This document shows positions 29,419 through 38,342 of a DNA stretch of 47,416 nucleotides, in pieces. The translations under genes were made by a program, and so were the position numbers. Position 1 is the stretch's first letter. Every line of letters begins with the position of its first letter. Source of the stretch: an uncultured Spirochaetota bacterium (GTDB lineage Bacteria > Spirochaetota > Spirochaetia > SZUA-6 > Fen-1364); contig CAVUXE010000089.1 of assembly GCA_963745235.1 (NCBI GenBank), forward strand, positions 1 to 47,416. The letters run 5' to 3'. A model generated the notes under the pieces. It was not told the origin of the DNA. It did not search any database and saw only the letters and a program-made list of their open reading frames with translations.

Positions 29419-30070
29419 TTACTGCAGGTAGCCTACCTGCATGATGAACAGCGGGCTTTCATCCTTGCCCAGCCTTGCAGCCGAGACTGCGGCCGGCGGC
29501 TTGATATTGTACATGATGATGGATCCCAGCTTGTAGGCGGCCGCGGCAAGGGCCATGTTCTCAGCCGCGTATCCGGCTGTCCCGTTCGCCATTTCGCGGA
29601 ACAGCGCCGGGTTGGACTTCAGGAAGCTCGGGGCCTTTGCGAAGTCATACGTGAACAGTAGCATCAGTGACGCCGTGGCGATGTTCTCCGGCGTTATTTG
29701 CGCGCGCGAGTCCGTCCTGGATACCTGCTTCAGGACTCTTTGCCTCTGGCTCATAGAGATAGGCGCCCTTGGAGGTGAGCACGTAGACGTTCATGTACAC
29801 GTTGTCACCCGAGTACGGAATGGTTCTCCCGGCCTTCGAGGCGCCAGAAACCGCGTCAGCGCCCTTCATCCCGTTGCCGGCCCAGAGAATGGTGGACAGG
29901 TCCGCAATGGGAACATCTTTCTTCACGAAATCCCGGGCGGCAGCCCTGGCCTTTATGGCGTCAAACAGGTCCATCCCGATCTTCGCCGGCGGGTCCTTGA
30001 GCGGGATGTCCTGGGCGAACATCGCAGTGGTCATTGCTGCAAACGCGACGATGGCGCATATCGTTTTCAT
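29419..30070 (-). CDS. Nitroreductase/SagB-like flavoprotein with signal peptide (frameshift near 29740)
   Basis: MDLFDAIKAR..R.F, DLSTILWAGNG, GYAAENMALAAAAYKLGS, QVGY. Confidence 0.8.
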
Positions 30071-30118
30071 GCGTGTTTACTCCTCAGAGCCCAATGATAC
30101 CGGGGCAGAGGCCTCGGA

Positions 30119-31369
30119 TCAAGATATCAGGTCTTTTGGATCAGCCTGCCGCCCGCGCGACTCGAGGTTGGGCAGGAATACCGTGATCAGGCCCAGGAGG
30201 GGCAGGAAAGCGGTGAGCCGGTAGACGTACTGGATGCTCGTATGATCCGCGATGGTGCCCAGCACCGCTGAGCCGATTCCCCCCATGCCGAACGCGAAAC
30301 CGAAAAAGAGGCCTGAGATCAGCCCGATGCTTCCGGGCAGGAGCTCCTGCGCGTACACCAGGATGGAAGGAAAAGCGGAGGCGAGGATGATGCCGATGGG
30401 GAAGGCAAGCACCACGGTTGCGGGAAGACCGACATAGGGAAGGACCAGCGTGAAGGGAGCCACCCCGAGAATGGACCCCCAGATGACGTACTTTCGACCG
30501 ATGCGGTCACCAAGGGGACCGCCGATCACCGTGCCCGCCGCGACTGCAAACTGGAAGAAGAACAGGCGCACCTGGGCTGATTGAACGGAAACCCCGAACT
30601 TGTCCATCAGGTAGAAGGTGTAGTAGCTGGTCATGCCGGCCAGGTAGAAATACTTGGAGAAGATCAGGACCAGGAGGATGATGACAGAAAACGCAATGCG
30701 CCTCCGGGAAAGGCTGGCGGCTTCGGGCCGTCGGTGAGCAGTCTTTCCGTCCCTGCGCGCGATCCCTCCCTGGTACCAGCGGCCGACCCAGAAGAGAATC
30801 ACCATTGCGGCCAGCGCGAGCGGAGAGAACCACACGACGTGCGATGCCCCGTGAGAGGCAATGATGACGGCGGCCAGGAGCGGACCAAGGGAGCTGCCGA
30901 AGTTGCCGCCCACCTGGAACACGGACTGCGCAAGCCCCCGCCGGCCGCCCGCCGCCATGTATGCGACGCGTGAAGACTCAGGGTGGAAGACCGAGGAGCC
31001 AAGGCCGACCAGCCCGACGGAGATGAGGAGCAACTCATAGCTGTGGGCAAGGGAGAGGAGGATCAGCCCGGCAAGGGTGAACCCCATGCCCGCGGCAAGA
31101 GAAAAGGGCTGCGGCCGGTGATCCGTGACGGCGCCCACCACGGGCTGCAGGAGCGAGGCCGTGATCTGGAACGTGAAGGTGATGAGACCGATCTGGGTGA
31201 AGTTGAGCCGGAAGGCGTCTTTTACCAGCGGGTAGATTGCCGGGATCAGCGACTGAAGGGAATCGTTCAGCATGTGGGAGAGGCTGATGGCGATGAGTAT
31301 GGGAAAGACGGTTGACCCAGCCGCTCGTGCCACGGAGGCGGCCCCCGCCGGGGAAGTTTCCTGTCTCAT
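30119..31369 (-). CDS. fsr: MFS transporter, fosmidomycin-resistance (Fsr) family
   Basis: ISLSHMLNDSLQSLIPAIYP; SVFHPESSRVA; AQSVFQVGGNFGS; ILVYAQELLPG. Confidence 0.92.
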   Translation of the reverse strand: MRQETSPAGAASVARAAGSTVFPILIAISLSHMLNDSLQSLIPAIYPLVKDAFRLNFTQIGLITFTFQITASLLQPVVGAVTDHRPQPFSLAAGMGFTLAGLILLSLAHSYELLLISVGLVGLGSSVFHPESSRVAYMAAGGRRGLAQSVFQVGGNFGSSLGPLLAAVIIASHGASHVVWFSPLALAAMVILFWVGRWYQGGIARRDGKTAHRRPEAASLSRRRIAFSVIILLVLIFSKYFYLAGMTSYYTFYLMDKFGVSVQSAQVRLFFFQFAVAAGTVIGGPLGDRIGRKYVIWGSILGVAPFTLVLPYVGLPATVVLAFPIGIILASAFPSILVYAQELLPGSIGLISGLFFGFAFGMGGIGSAVLGTIADHTSIQYVYRLTAFLPLLGLITVFLPNLESRGRQADPKDLIS

Positions 31370-31453
31370 ATCGGTTGGGCAAAGATACGCCGGATTGCGG
31401 CGCGGGATCAATTGATCCAATTGGAAAAATCATGGACAATGGGCGCCGGACTC

Positions 31454-31777
31454 ATGATGAAGGATTCTTCCCGGTCGGTACGGGACCTTATAGCCAGGAC
31501 AGATGCAACACGACTGCAAAATACCCTCATGCGCATCCCTGACAAGGTGTGCGCTGCCGGCTTCTCAGCCCTTCCCGAGGACGCGCGCGACCGGCTGTAC
31601 GCTCTGGTCGGGAGCGTGAAGGCCGGCCGGATACAGGAAGAGGTGCGAATTGAGTCCCGGCGCCGCACGAGCCCGCTCGTGCGCTCCCGGCTCCTCCGCA
31701 GCTTCCTTTCCTATTTCACGGCGAGCGCTCCCGGTGCGCCCAAGGTCTGGATCAGGCCCATCCGCCGGCCAAAGTGA
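31454..31777 (+). CDS. Small hypothetical protein, FliG C-terminal-like pattern
   Basis: DATRLQNTLMRIPDKVCAAGFSALPEDARDRLYALVGSVKAGRIQEEV follows the FliG_C helical spacing (by-eye alignment). Confidence 0.55.
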   Translation: MMKDSSRSVRDLIARTDATRLQNTLMRIPDKVCAAGFSALPEDARDRLYALVGSVKAGRIQEEVRIESRRRTSPLVRSRLLRSFLSYFTASAPGAPKVWIRPIRRPK

Positions 31778-31817
31778 GCCTTTTACCACCAGAGGCGTCG
31801 GTGATAGCATGGAAGGC

Positions 31818-32435
31818 ATGCATGACAAAAAGCAGCACCACACGCAGCGCGGTGAAGCGCAGAAGCAGAAGCTGGTGGACGCCGCGTACGACATCATTGC
31901 CGAGCAGGGATTCGAAGGCCTGCGAACACGCGAGGTTGCGCTGCGCGCTCACCTCAACATCTCAACGCTGCACTACTACTTCGAGTCAAAAGAAGACCTC
32001 GTGCGCAGCGTGGCGCAGCGTCTCCTTTCCGAGTTCAAATCCACAGCGGATCAGCAGGGCCTGAAGCGAAGCTCGGTGGAAAAGCTTCACAAGGCGTTTT
32101 CCGACCAGGTCCAGCTCATCCGAACGCGCCCCGCAACCTATATCGTCGTGATGGAGCTGTTCACGAAGTCTCTCCATGATCCAAAGCTCGCGCCCGTCGC
32201 GAAGGAGCTGCTCGACACATGGGAAAAGCACTTTCGATCGTTCATCACGGAGGGCCTGGAAAGCGGCCAGATGGCCTCAGATTCCGAGCCGCTGGTCACG
32301 ACCCGGATGCTGCAATGCCTGATGCTCGGCAGGGCTTTGACCTTCCTCATCAGGGGGGAAGATCTTTCCCGAGATCCGATGTTTCACCAGATCTCCCGGT
32401 GGCTTTCTCCGGGCAGAAATAGATCAATCACTTGA
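31818..32435 (+). CDS. TetR-family transcriptional regulator
   Basis: LVDAAYDIIAEQGFEGLRTREVA...ISTLHYYFESKEDL. Start at 31809 or 31818. Confidence 0.93.
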   Translation: MHDKKQHHTQRGEAQKQKLVDAAYDIIAEQGFEGLRTREVALRAHLNISTLHYYFESKEDLVRSVAQRLLSEFKSTADQQGLKRSSVEKLHKAFSDQVQLIRTRPATYIVVMELFTKSLHDPKLAPVAKELLDTWEKHFRSFITEGLESGQMASDSEPLVTTRMLQCLMLGRALTFLIRGEDLSRDPMFHQISRWLSPGRNRSIT

Positions 32436-32460
32436 CCAAATTCAACAGAGTGGATAGATT
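32422..32460 (+). promoter_or_regulatory. Sigma70 promoter of the MFS operon with a possible TetR operator
   Basis: TTGACC(32432-32437)-N17-TAGATT(32455-32460); imperfect inverted repeat TCAA-TCAC-TTGA over the -35 box. Confidence 0.7.
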
Positions 32461-32478
32461 CCCTGGAAGGAGCACGAG

Positions 32479-33933
32479 GTGAGGAAACGGATCGACTACA
32501 AATGGATCGTTCTCAGCGTCACGACCATCGGGGCGCTGATGGCGTCCATCGACAGCACCATCGTGATCCTCGCCCTTCCCCAGATGATGGAAAAGCTCCA
32601 TGCGGACCTCGTCCACATGATCTGGGTCATCATGGCGTACATCCTGGTGAGCACCGTCCTTCTTCTGACATTCGGTCGGATTGCGGACATGTTCGGCCGT
32701 GTCCGGCTCTACAACCTCGGGTTCGTGGTCTTCACCGTCGGATCCGGGCTGTGCGGATTGTCGCAGACCGCAAACCACCTCATCCTGGCCAGGCTGGTCC
32801 AGGGCGCGGGGGCCGCGCTCATGATGGTCAACAGCCCCGCCATCATCACAGAGGTCTTTCCGCCGCACGAGCGCGGGCGCGCGCTGGGAATCAACGGAAT
32901 CACCTGGGCCATTGGCGGCATCGTCGGCCCGCTCCTGGGCGGCCTCATCCTCTCGGTCGCCTCCTGGCGCTGGATATTCTACATCAACGTCCCCATCGGG
33001 ATCGCGGGCAGCGTGTGGGGCTATCTCGTTCTGAAGGAAACGACCGCGCGCAAGCGGGGGGAAAGTTTCGATCCCGTGGGGGCCGTCATGTTCAGCCTCG
33101 GCCTGATTGCCCTCCTGTTCGCGCTGACCATGGGGATCCAGCTCAGCTGGACCTCGCCGGCCATTCTTTCACTTTTCGGCCTCTTCGCGCTGATGCTCAT
33201 CCTCTTCCTCGTCTGGGAGCGCCGAGCCGCGAGGCCCGTGCTGGACCTTTCCCTGTTCGGCAATCGCGTCTACAGCTTTTCGGTCCTCGCGGCCATGCTG
33301 CAGTCCCTCGCGATGTTCGCCATGAACTTCCTGATCGTGTTCTACCTGCAGGCGGTGCGCGGCTACGATCCGCTCACCGCGGCCCTCCTTCTCATTCCGC
33401 TTTCCATCGTCAGCGCCGTGGTGGGGCCGCTCAGCGGCCTTCTTGCGGATCATATCGGCGCGCGCCTTCCCGCCACCGCGGGATTGCTCGCCCAGGCGGC
33501 TTCGCTGCTCTGGTTCATATTCAAGCTCACTCCCTCCACGCCCTACGGCACCATCGTTATCGGGCTGGTGCTCGTGGGAGTGGGGGGTGGCCTGTTCTGG
33601 TCCCCCAACACCAGCGCGGCCATGAACGGCGCTCCGAGGGAACGGTTGGGAATAGCCTCTGCAACCCTTGCCACCCTCAGGCAGACGGGAATGGTGACAA
33701 GCTTTGCACTCGCGCTCGCCGTGGCCGCGGCCAGCCTGCCGAAAGAGGTGATGATGAAGCTTTTCATCGGCACCAGCGTGTCGCTGGGCTCCGGACCCAT
33801 GCAGGCATTTGTCGTGGGCATCCATCATGCCTTCATTGTCTCCGTGGCCCTCTGCGCCATCGCGGCGACGCTCTCACTGGTTCGGGGGAAAGAAGACCGT
33901 CGGGTGGCACACCGCACAGCGCAGCAGGGCTGA
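32479..33933 (+). CDS. DHA2 (EmrB/QacA-like) MFS efflux transporter
   Basis: MASIDSTIVILALP; GRIADMFGR; ERGRALGI; WRWIFYINVPIG; about 14 TM segments. Confidence 0.93.
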   Translation: MRKRIDYKWIVLSVTTIGALMASIDSTIVILALPQMMEKLHADLVHMIWVIMAYILVSTVLLLTFGRIADMFGRVRLYNLGFVVFTVGSGLCGLSQTANHLILARLVQGAGAALMMVNSPAIITEVFPPHERGRALGINGITWAIGGIVGPLLGGLILSVASWRWIFYINVPIGIAGSVWGYLVLKETTARKRGESFDPVGAVMFSLGLIALLFALTMGIQLSWTSPAILSLFGLFALMLILFLVWERRAARPVLDLSLFGNRVYSFSVLAAMLQSLAMFAMNFLIVFYLQAVRGYDPLTAALLLIPLSIVSAVVGPLSGLLADHIGARLPATAGLLAQAASLLWFIFKLTPSTPYGTIVIGLVLVGVGGGLFWSPNTSAAMNGAPRERLGIASATLATLRQTGMVTSFALALAVAAASLPKEVMMKLFIGTSVSLGSGPMQAFVVGIHHAFIVSVALCAIAATLSLVRGKEDRRVAHRTAQQG

Positions 33934-33949
33934 AACGGGCCGGAGCGAA

Positions 33950-34060
33950 GGCCGCAACCGCCGCCGGATCTGTGGTCGGCTCAACGGCCGGCCCCGCGCT
34001 CAGCTCCGCGGCTGGCTCAGCGGCCGGCCCGCGGCCGGCCCCGCGGCCGGCCCAGCGTGA
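33950..34060 (+). repeat. Degenerate 12-bp GC-rich minisatellite
   Basis: Units such as GGCCGGCCCCGC, GGCTGGCTCAGC and GGCCGGCCCAGC in tandem. Confidence 0.7.
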
Positions 34061-34072
34061 AGGAGGGACTTC

Positions 34073-34363
34073 ATGGCCAGGAAAAAGTTCATCCTGGTTG
34101 CACAGGTGAGCAGCGAACGTCCAGAGGCAATCAAGCCTGTGCTGGAAAAGTTTGCCCGCGGGGGCTCCGTGGAGCAGAGCCCGGAGGGATTCACCGTGAA
34201 AGTGACGGCGAGCGGAGAGAGCGCCAGGGCGCTCAACAAGGAGTTGCTTTCTGCCCTCCGCCGTATCGAGAGAAAAACGAGGCTGCGAGCGCAGTGGACA
34301 TCAGGGCATACCACGGAGCGCTTCTTCGACTACGTGCCCAAGGGCAAAACAGAAAGCCCATAG
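34073..34363 (+). CDS. Small hypothetical protein
   Basis: GGAGG RBS; alpha/beta pattern; ARALNKELLSALRRIERKTRLRAQW...ERFFDYVPK. Confidence 0.8.
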   Translation: MARKKFILVAQVSSERPEAIKPVLEKFARGGSVEQSPEGFTVKVTASGESARALNKELLSALRRIERKTRLRAQWTSGHTTERFFDYVPKGKTESP

Positions 34364-34393
34364 TTTTCCTGACTTTGAAAGGGAGGTTTTTCC

Positions 34394-35402
34394 ATGCCGT
34401 TGATGAAGGCCATCCAGGTGAAGGCCCCCGGAGCCGAGCTCGAGCTGGTGCAGAAGGAGGTCCCGGAGCCGAAACCGAACGAAGTGCTCGTCAAGGTGGA
34501 AGCGTGCGGAGTGTGCCATGGGGATGTGCTGGCAAAGGAGGGGCGGTACCCCGGCATCACCTATCCCCGACCCCGGTCACGAAGTGGTGGGTATCATAGA
34601 GCGGCTCGGATCAGCGGTTGGCAACTGGAAAGTCGGCCAGCGCGTAGGGGTTGGCTGGCATGGGGGGCATTGCTTCCAGTGCAGCGCGTGCCGCAGAGGC
34701 GACTTCTGGGCATGTGAAAACTCGCTCACCACCGGGCTTTCCACGGACGGGGGATATGCGGAGCACATGGTGGCGCGCTCCGAAGTCCTCACCGCCGTTC
34801 CGGATGCGCTCAGCCCTGTGGATGCAGCGCCCATCATCTGCGCGGGCCGGACGGTCTTCGGCGCGCTGAAGTCATGCGGAGCGCGAGGGGGAGACCTCGT
34901 GGCAATCCACGGCTTCGGCGGACTGGGACACCTTGCTGTCCAGTACGCCGCGAAGCTTGGCTTCAGGACCGTGGTCCTCTCCCGGGGAAAGGAAAAGGAA
35001 GCCCTGGCCCGCCGGTTGGGCGCGCAGGACTACATCGACACGACGACGGCGGACGTTGCCAAGGAGCTTCGCGCCAGGGGAGGCGCGCAGGCCGTTCTCT
35101 GCACGGCGCCCAGCGGCAAGTCCATTTCCGAGCTGCTGGGGGGTCTCGGCCCCGGTGGCCAGGCCCTCGTCATCACGGCCCCCAACGACCCGATCGTGAT
35201 CCCTCCCTTCGTCCTCCTCGGAGGAGGGCGCGGAATCCGGGGCTGGGTGGGCGGAAGCGTGGAGGAGGCTCTGCGGTTCAGCACTTTCGCCGGGGTCACA
35301 CCCATGGTGGAGGTGTTCCCCCTGGAGAAGGCGCGCGAGGCCTTTGAAAAGATGATGAGCGCGAAAGTGCATTTCCGGGCGGTCCTGAAGATGACCGTCT
35401 GA
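34394..35402 (+). CDS. Zinc-dependent alcohol dehydrogenase (frameshift near 34565)
   Basis: CGVCHGD, PGHEVVG, CFQCSACRRGDFWAC, GFGGLG. Confidence 0.92.
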
Positions 35403-35413
35403 AGGAGGTCGAC

Positions 35414-36115
35414 ATGAACGAGGTCCTCGAGCAGATACAACAGCGCAAATCGGACAGGGTTCCCTTTGAAGAGGCTCGCAAGGTCTCCGACAAGGAGCTG
35501 GGACAGATCCTGGAAGCCGCGCGGTGGGCGCCCACCGCGCACAACATGCAGAACTTCGAGGTCGTGGTGGTGGACGACAGGATCCTCGTGAGCGCAGTCG
35601 CGGCAATACGGCGGCCCGTTTCCGCAACGTTCGTGCGGGAGAACTACCAGCAGCTTTCCTTCTCCGAGGAGGAGCTTGCGAAAAAAAAGGTCGGCCTCCT
35701 GGGAACCATGTTCCCCCCATTCATGAGGACACCGGGCGCCGAGATACCGGAAGAAGGACCGCCCTTTCTGCCGAGCCCCGTCCTCCTTGTCGCTCTCTAT
35801 GATCCCCGGCGCCGGGCCCCGGCGTCGGAGGGAGACTTCCTGGGCATCATCAGCCTGGGCTGCGTCATGGAAAACATGTGGCTCACCGCCCAATCGCTGG
35901 GAATAGGGTTCCACATCGTGAGCGCCCTGAGCGCCCCGGAAATATCGAAGGAAGTGAAACGCATCCTGGGCATTCCTGCCCATCTCCAGATTGCTTTCGC
36001 GTGTCGCGTGGGATACCCGCAGAGGTCGAATGGGAAATATCTGAGGGTCCGCCGGGACATCGAAGGCTTCGTGCACAGAAACCGTTTTGGCGTCCCCTAC
36101 ACGGGCACGACATAA
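35414..36115 (+). CDS. Nitroreductase family protein
   Basis: IQQRKSDR; ILEAARWAPTAHNMQ; ENMWLTAQSLGIG. Confidence 0.9.
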   Translation: MNEVLEQIQQRKSDRVPFEEARKVSDKELGQILEAARWAPTAHNMQNFEVVVVDDRILVSAVAAIRRPVSATFVRENYQQLSFSEEELAKKKVGLLGTMFPPFMRTPGAEIPEEGPPFLPSPVLLVALYDPRRRAPASEGDFLGIISLGCVMENMWLTAQSLGIGFHIVSALSAPEISKEVKRILGIPAHLQIAFACRVGYPQRSNGKYLRVRRDIEGFVHRNRFGVPYTGTT

Positions 36116-36130
36116 ACCAGGGAGGACCTG

Positions 36131-36853
36131 ATGGATATCAAAGACAAGACAGCAATTGTGACCGGAGCCTCCGCCGGAATCGGGATGGCCACCGCCCGGG
36201 AGCTGGCGGCGGCAGGGGCAAAGCTGGTCCTGGCGGCCAGGTCCACGGACAAGCTGGCGGAGCTTTCCTCCGAGCTGGAGGCAAAGGGATGCTCTGCCTT
36301 TGCTGTTCGCACGGACATGCGGGATCCGCTCCAGGTGCAGGCAATGGTTCGAGAGGCAAAGGAGCGCTTCGGCAAGGTCGACATTCTCATCAACAATGCC
36401 GGGCAGGCCGCCGCCGGCCTGGTGGCTGAAGTTTCCCTTGCGGATTTCCGTCAGATCGTGGAGCTGAACGTCTACGGTCCTCTTCTGGCCATGCAGGCCG
36501 TGATCCCCGTCATGAAGGCGGGGGGCGGCGGCGTCATCGTGAACATCAGCTCCATGGTCTCCCGGATGCACATCCCCGGCCTGGGGGCGTACGCGGCAAC
36601 CAAGGCCGCCTTGAACCTGCTCTCCGAAACCGCCCGATTCGAGCTGGAATCAGACGGGATCAAGGTCATCACGGTCTTCCCAAGGACAACCGCAACGGAC
36701 TTCGGGAAGAACTCCATTGGCAACCAGGGCCTGCGGCAGCGCCAGCGAAGCCAGGCCTCCGCGTCGGTGCCCGTGGATCAGCCGGAGGTTGTCGCCCAGA
36801 AGATTGTCATGGCGATCAGGCAGGAGCTCGCGGAACAGCTCATGGATCGATGA
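36131..36853 (+). CDS. Short-chain dehydrogenase/reductase
   Basis: TGASAGIG, NNAG, NISS, YAATK. Confidence 0.95.
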   Translation: MDIKDKTAIVTGASAGIGMATARELAAAGAKLVLAARSTDKLAELSSELEAKGCSAFAVRTDMRDPLQVQAMVREAKERFGKVDILINNAGQAAAGLVAEVSLADFRQIVELNVYGPLLAMQAVIPVMKAGGGGVIVNISSMVSRMHIPGLGAYAATKAALNLLSETARFELESDGIKVITVFPRTTATDFGKNSIGNQGLRQRQRSQASASVPVDQPEVVAQKIVMAIRQELAEQLMDR

Positions 36854-36867
36854 AAGGCCGCGGCGTT

Positions 36868-36990
36868 CGCCGCACCGGGGCGGGGCCTGACGGAGTGCAG
36901 CCCGCTGCACCGGACTGCGGTCCGCCGCGCTGGAGCGCCGCACCGGACTGCGGCCCGCCCTGCCAGACTGCCGCCCGCCCTGCCAGGGCG
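36868..36990. repeat. Interleaved direct repeats between convergent genes
   Basis: GCACCGGACTGCGG at 36907 and 36940; ACTGC(G/C)GCCCGCCCTGCCAG at 36947 and 36967. Confidence 0.75.
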
Positions 36991-37012
36991 CCCGCCCCGC
37001 CAAGGCGGCGTG

Positions 37013-38342
37013 TCAGCTCTCCATCTCCACTTTCACCTTGTCCACTTTCGCAAGGTCTTTCCGATAGAAGGCAGCGGCCGCCAGGAAGAGGGCTCCGGCC
37101 AGCACGGATGTCAGGGGCGCAAGAAGCATGGCGATGCGAAGCCCGTACGCATCCGAGATGGCGCCCACCACGAGGGGCCCCATGGAGCTTCCCAGCGCGT
37201 TCTGCACAATAACGCAGATGCTGTAGGAAACCGCCCACAACCCCGGGTGCACCACGTCCTGTGTCACGGCAGACGCCGCGGAGAGGTAGCACACCGTGGC
37301 TACGGCGCCCGCCATCATCATGACCCACTGCGATGTTCCCTGGAGCAGGCCGAAGGACACAAGCCAGATGGCGGCGGCCGCCAGGCTGGACAGGCCCGCG
37401 AAAAGCGGGCGCGCGCTGATGCGCTTCTTCATCCACGCGTCTGCCAGGAACCCGCCCAGCGGCGCTCCCACGATTGCGAAGAGCATCACGGAGGCGGTCT
37501 TCAGGCTGGCCTGCTCCATGTTCAGGTTCTGGACCCTGTTGAAATACGATGGCAGCCACGTGAGATACGCCGTGCTGAGGAATGTATTTCCGGCAAATGC
37601 GATGTAGGTCAGGATCAGCGACGGCGTACGAAGAAACACGGCGGCAATATCCGCAAAGCTCATCTTCACCGCCGGCCCGGCGGCCGTGGCGGCCTTCTCC
37701 AGCTTGATGGTCTTGTAATCCCGCGCAAAGAAAAAGAACAGAATGCCGATCACGAGCCCCGGGACGGCCACAAGCCCGAAGGCGTGCTTCCAGCCCCAGC
37801 GCGTTGCGACGATTCCGCCGATCATCACCCCGATGAGCGATCCCAGGGGGATGGAGGCGTTCCATATGCCCATCATCCGGGAGCGCCTTTCCACCGGGTA
37901 CATCGCGGAGATCATGGCCGTGCCGCCGGGAGAGTAGCCTGCCTCTCCGAATCCGACTCCGAGCGCGGGTAAGGAAGAGCTGCGGGAAAGTCCGCACGAA
38001 GGCCGCAATCCCCGTGGCAACGCTCCACAGGGCAACCATCAGCCCCACGCTCCTTTTCCTGCTCCAGCGGTCCACCAGGATGGAGACGGGAAAGGCCAGC
38101 ACGACAATGGACCAGTACACCGCGGAGATGAGAGAGCCGGCCTGGCTGTCGGTCATGTGCAGGTCAGCCTTCATGATGGGGAACATTGCGGAAACGATCT
38201 CTCGGTCTATGTAGTCGAACATATAGAGAAGGAAGAGCATCACGAAAAGACCCGTCACTCCCCTCTTCTCAGGGGCGCCGACGCTGCCCCCTGCCGCCAC
38301 GGATCTGTCAGCCCTGGCCACGCCGTCCTCCTTGTTCTTCAC
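37013..38342 (-). CDS. MFS transporter (Spinster/ACS-like; frameshift near 37965)
   Basis: YMFDYIDR; LVDRWSRK; GFGEAGYSPGGTAMIS.MYP.ERR. Confidence 0.88.

Noticed and set aside
35030-36571. 513-aa minus-strand ORF and similar long overlapping ORFs (32502..34109, 41370..42806, 43843..45132)
   Set aside because: They overlap well-supported genes and are typical high-GC alternative-frame shadows.
33950-36990. The repeats at 33950-34060 and 36868-36990 as CRISPR arrays
   Set aside because: Short, degenerate units without unique regular spacers; no cas genes.
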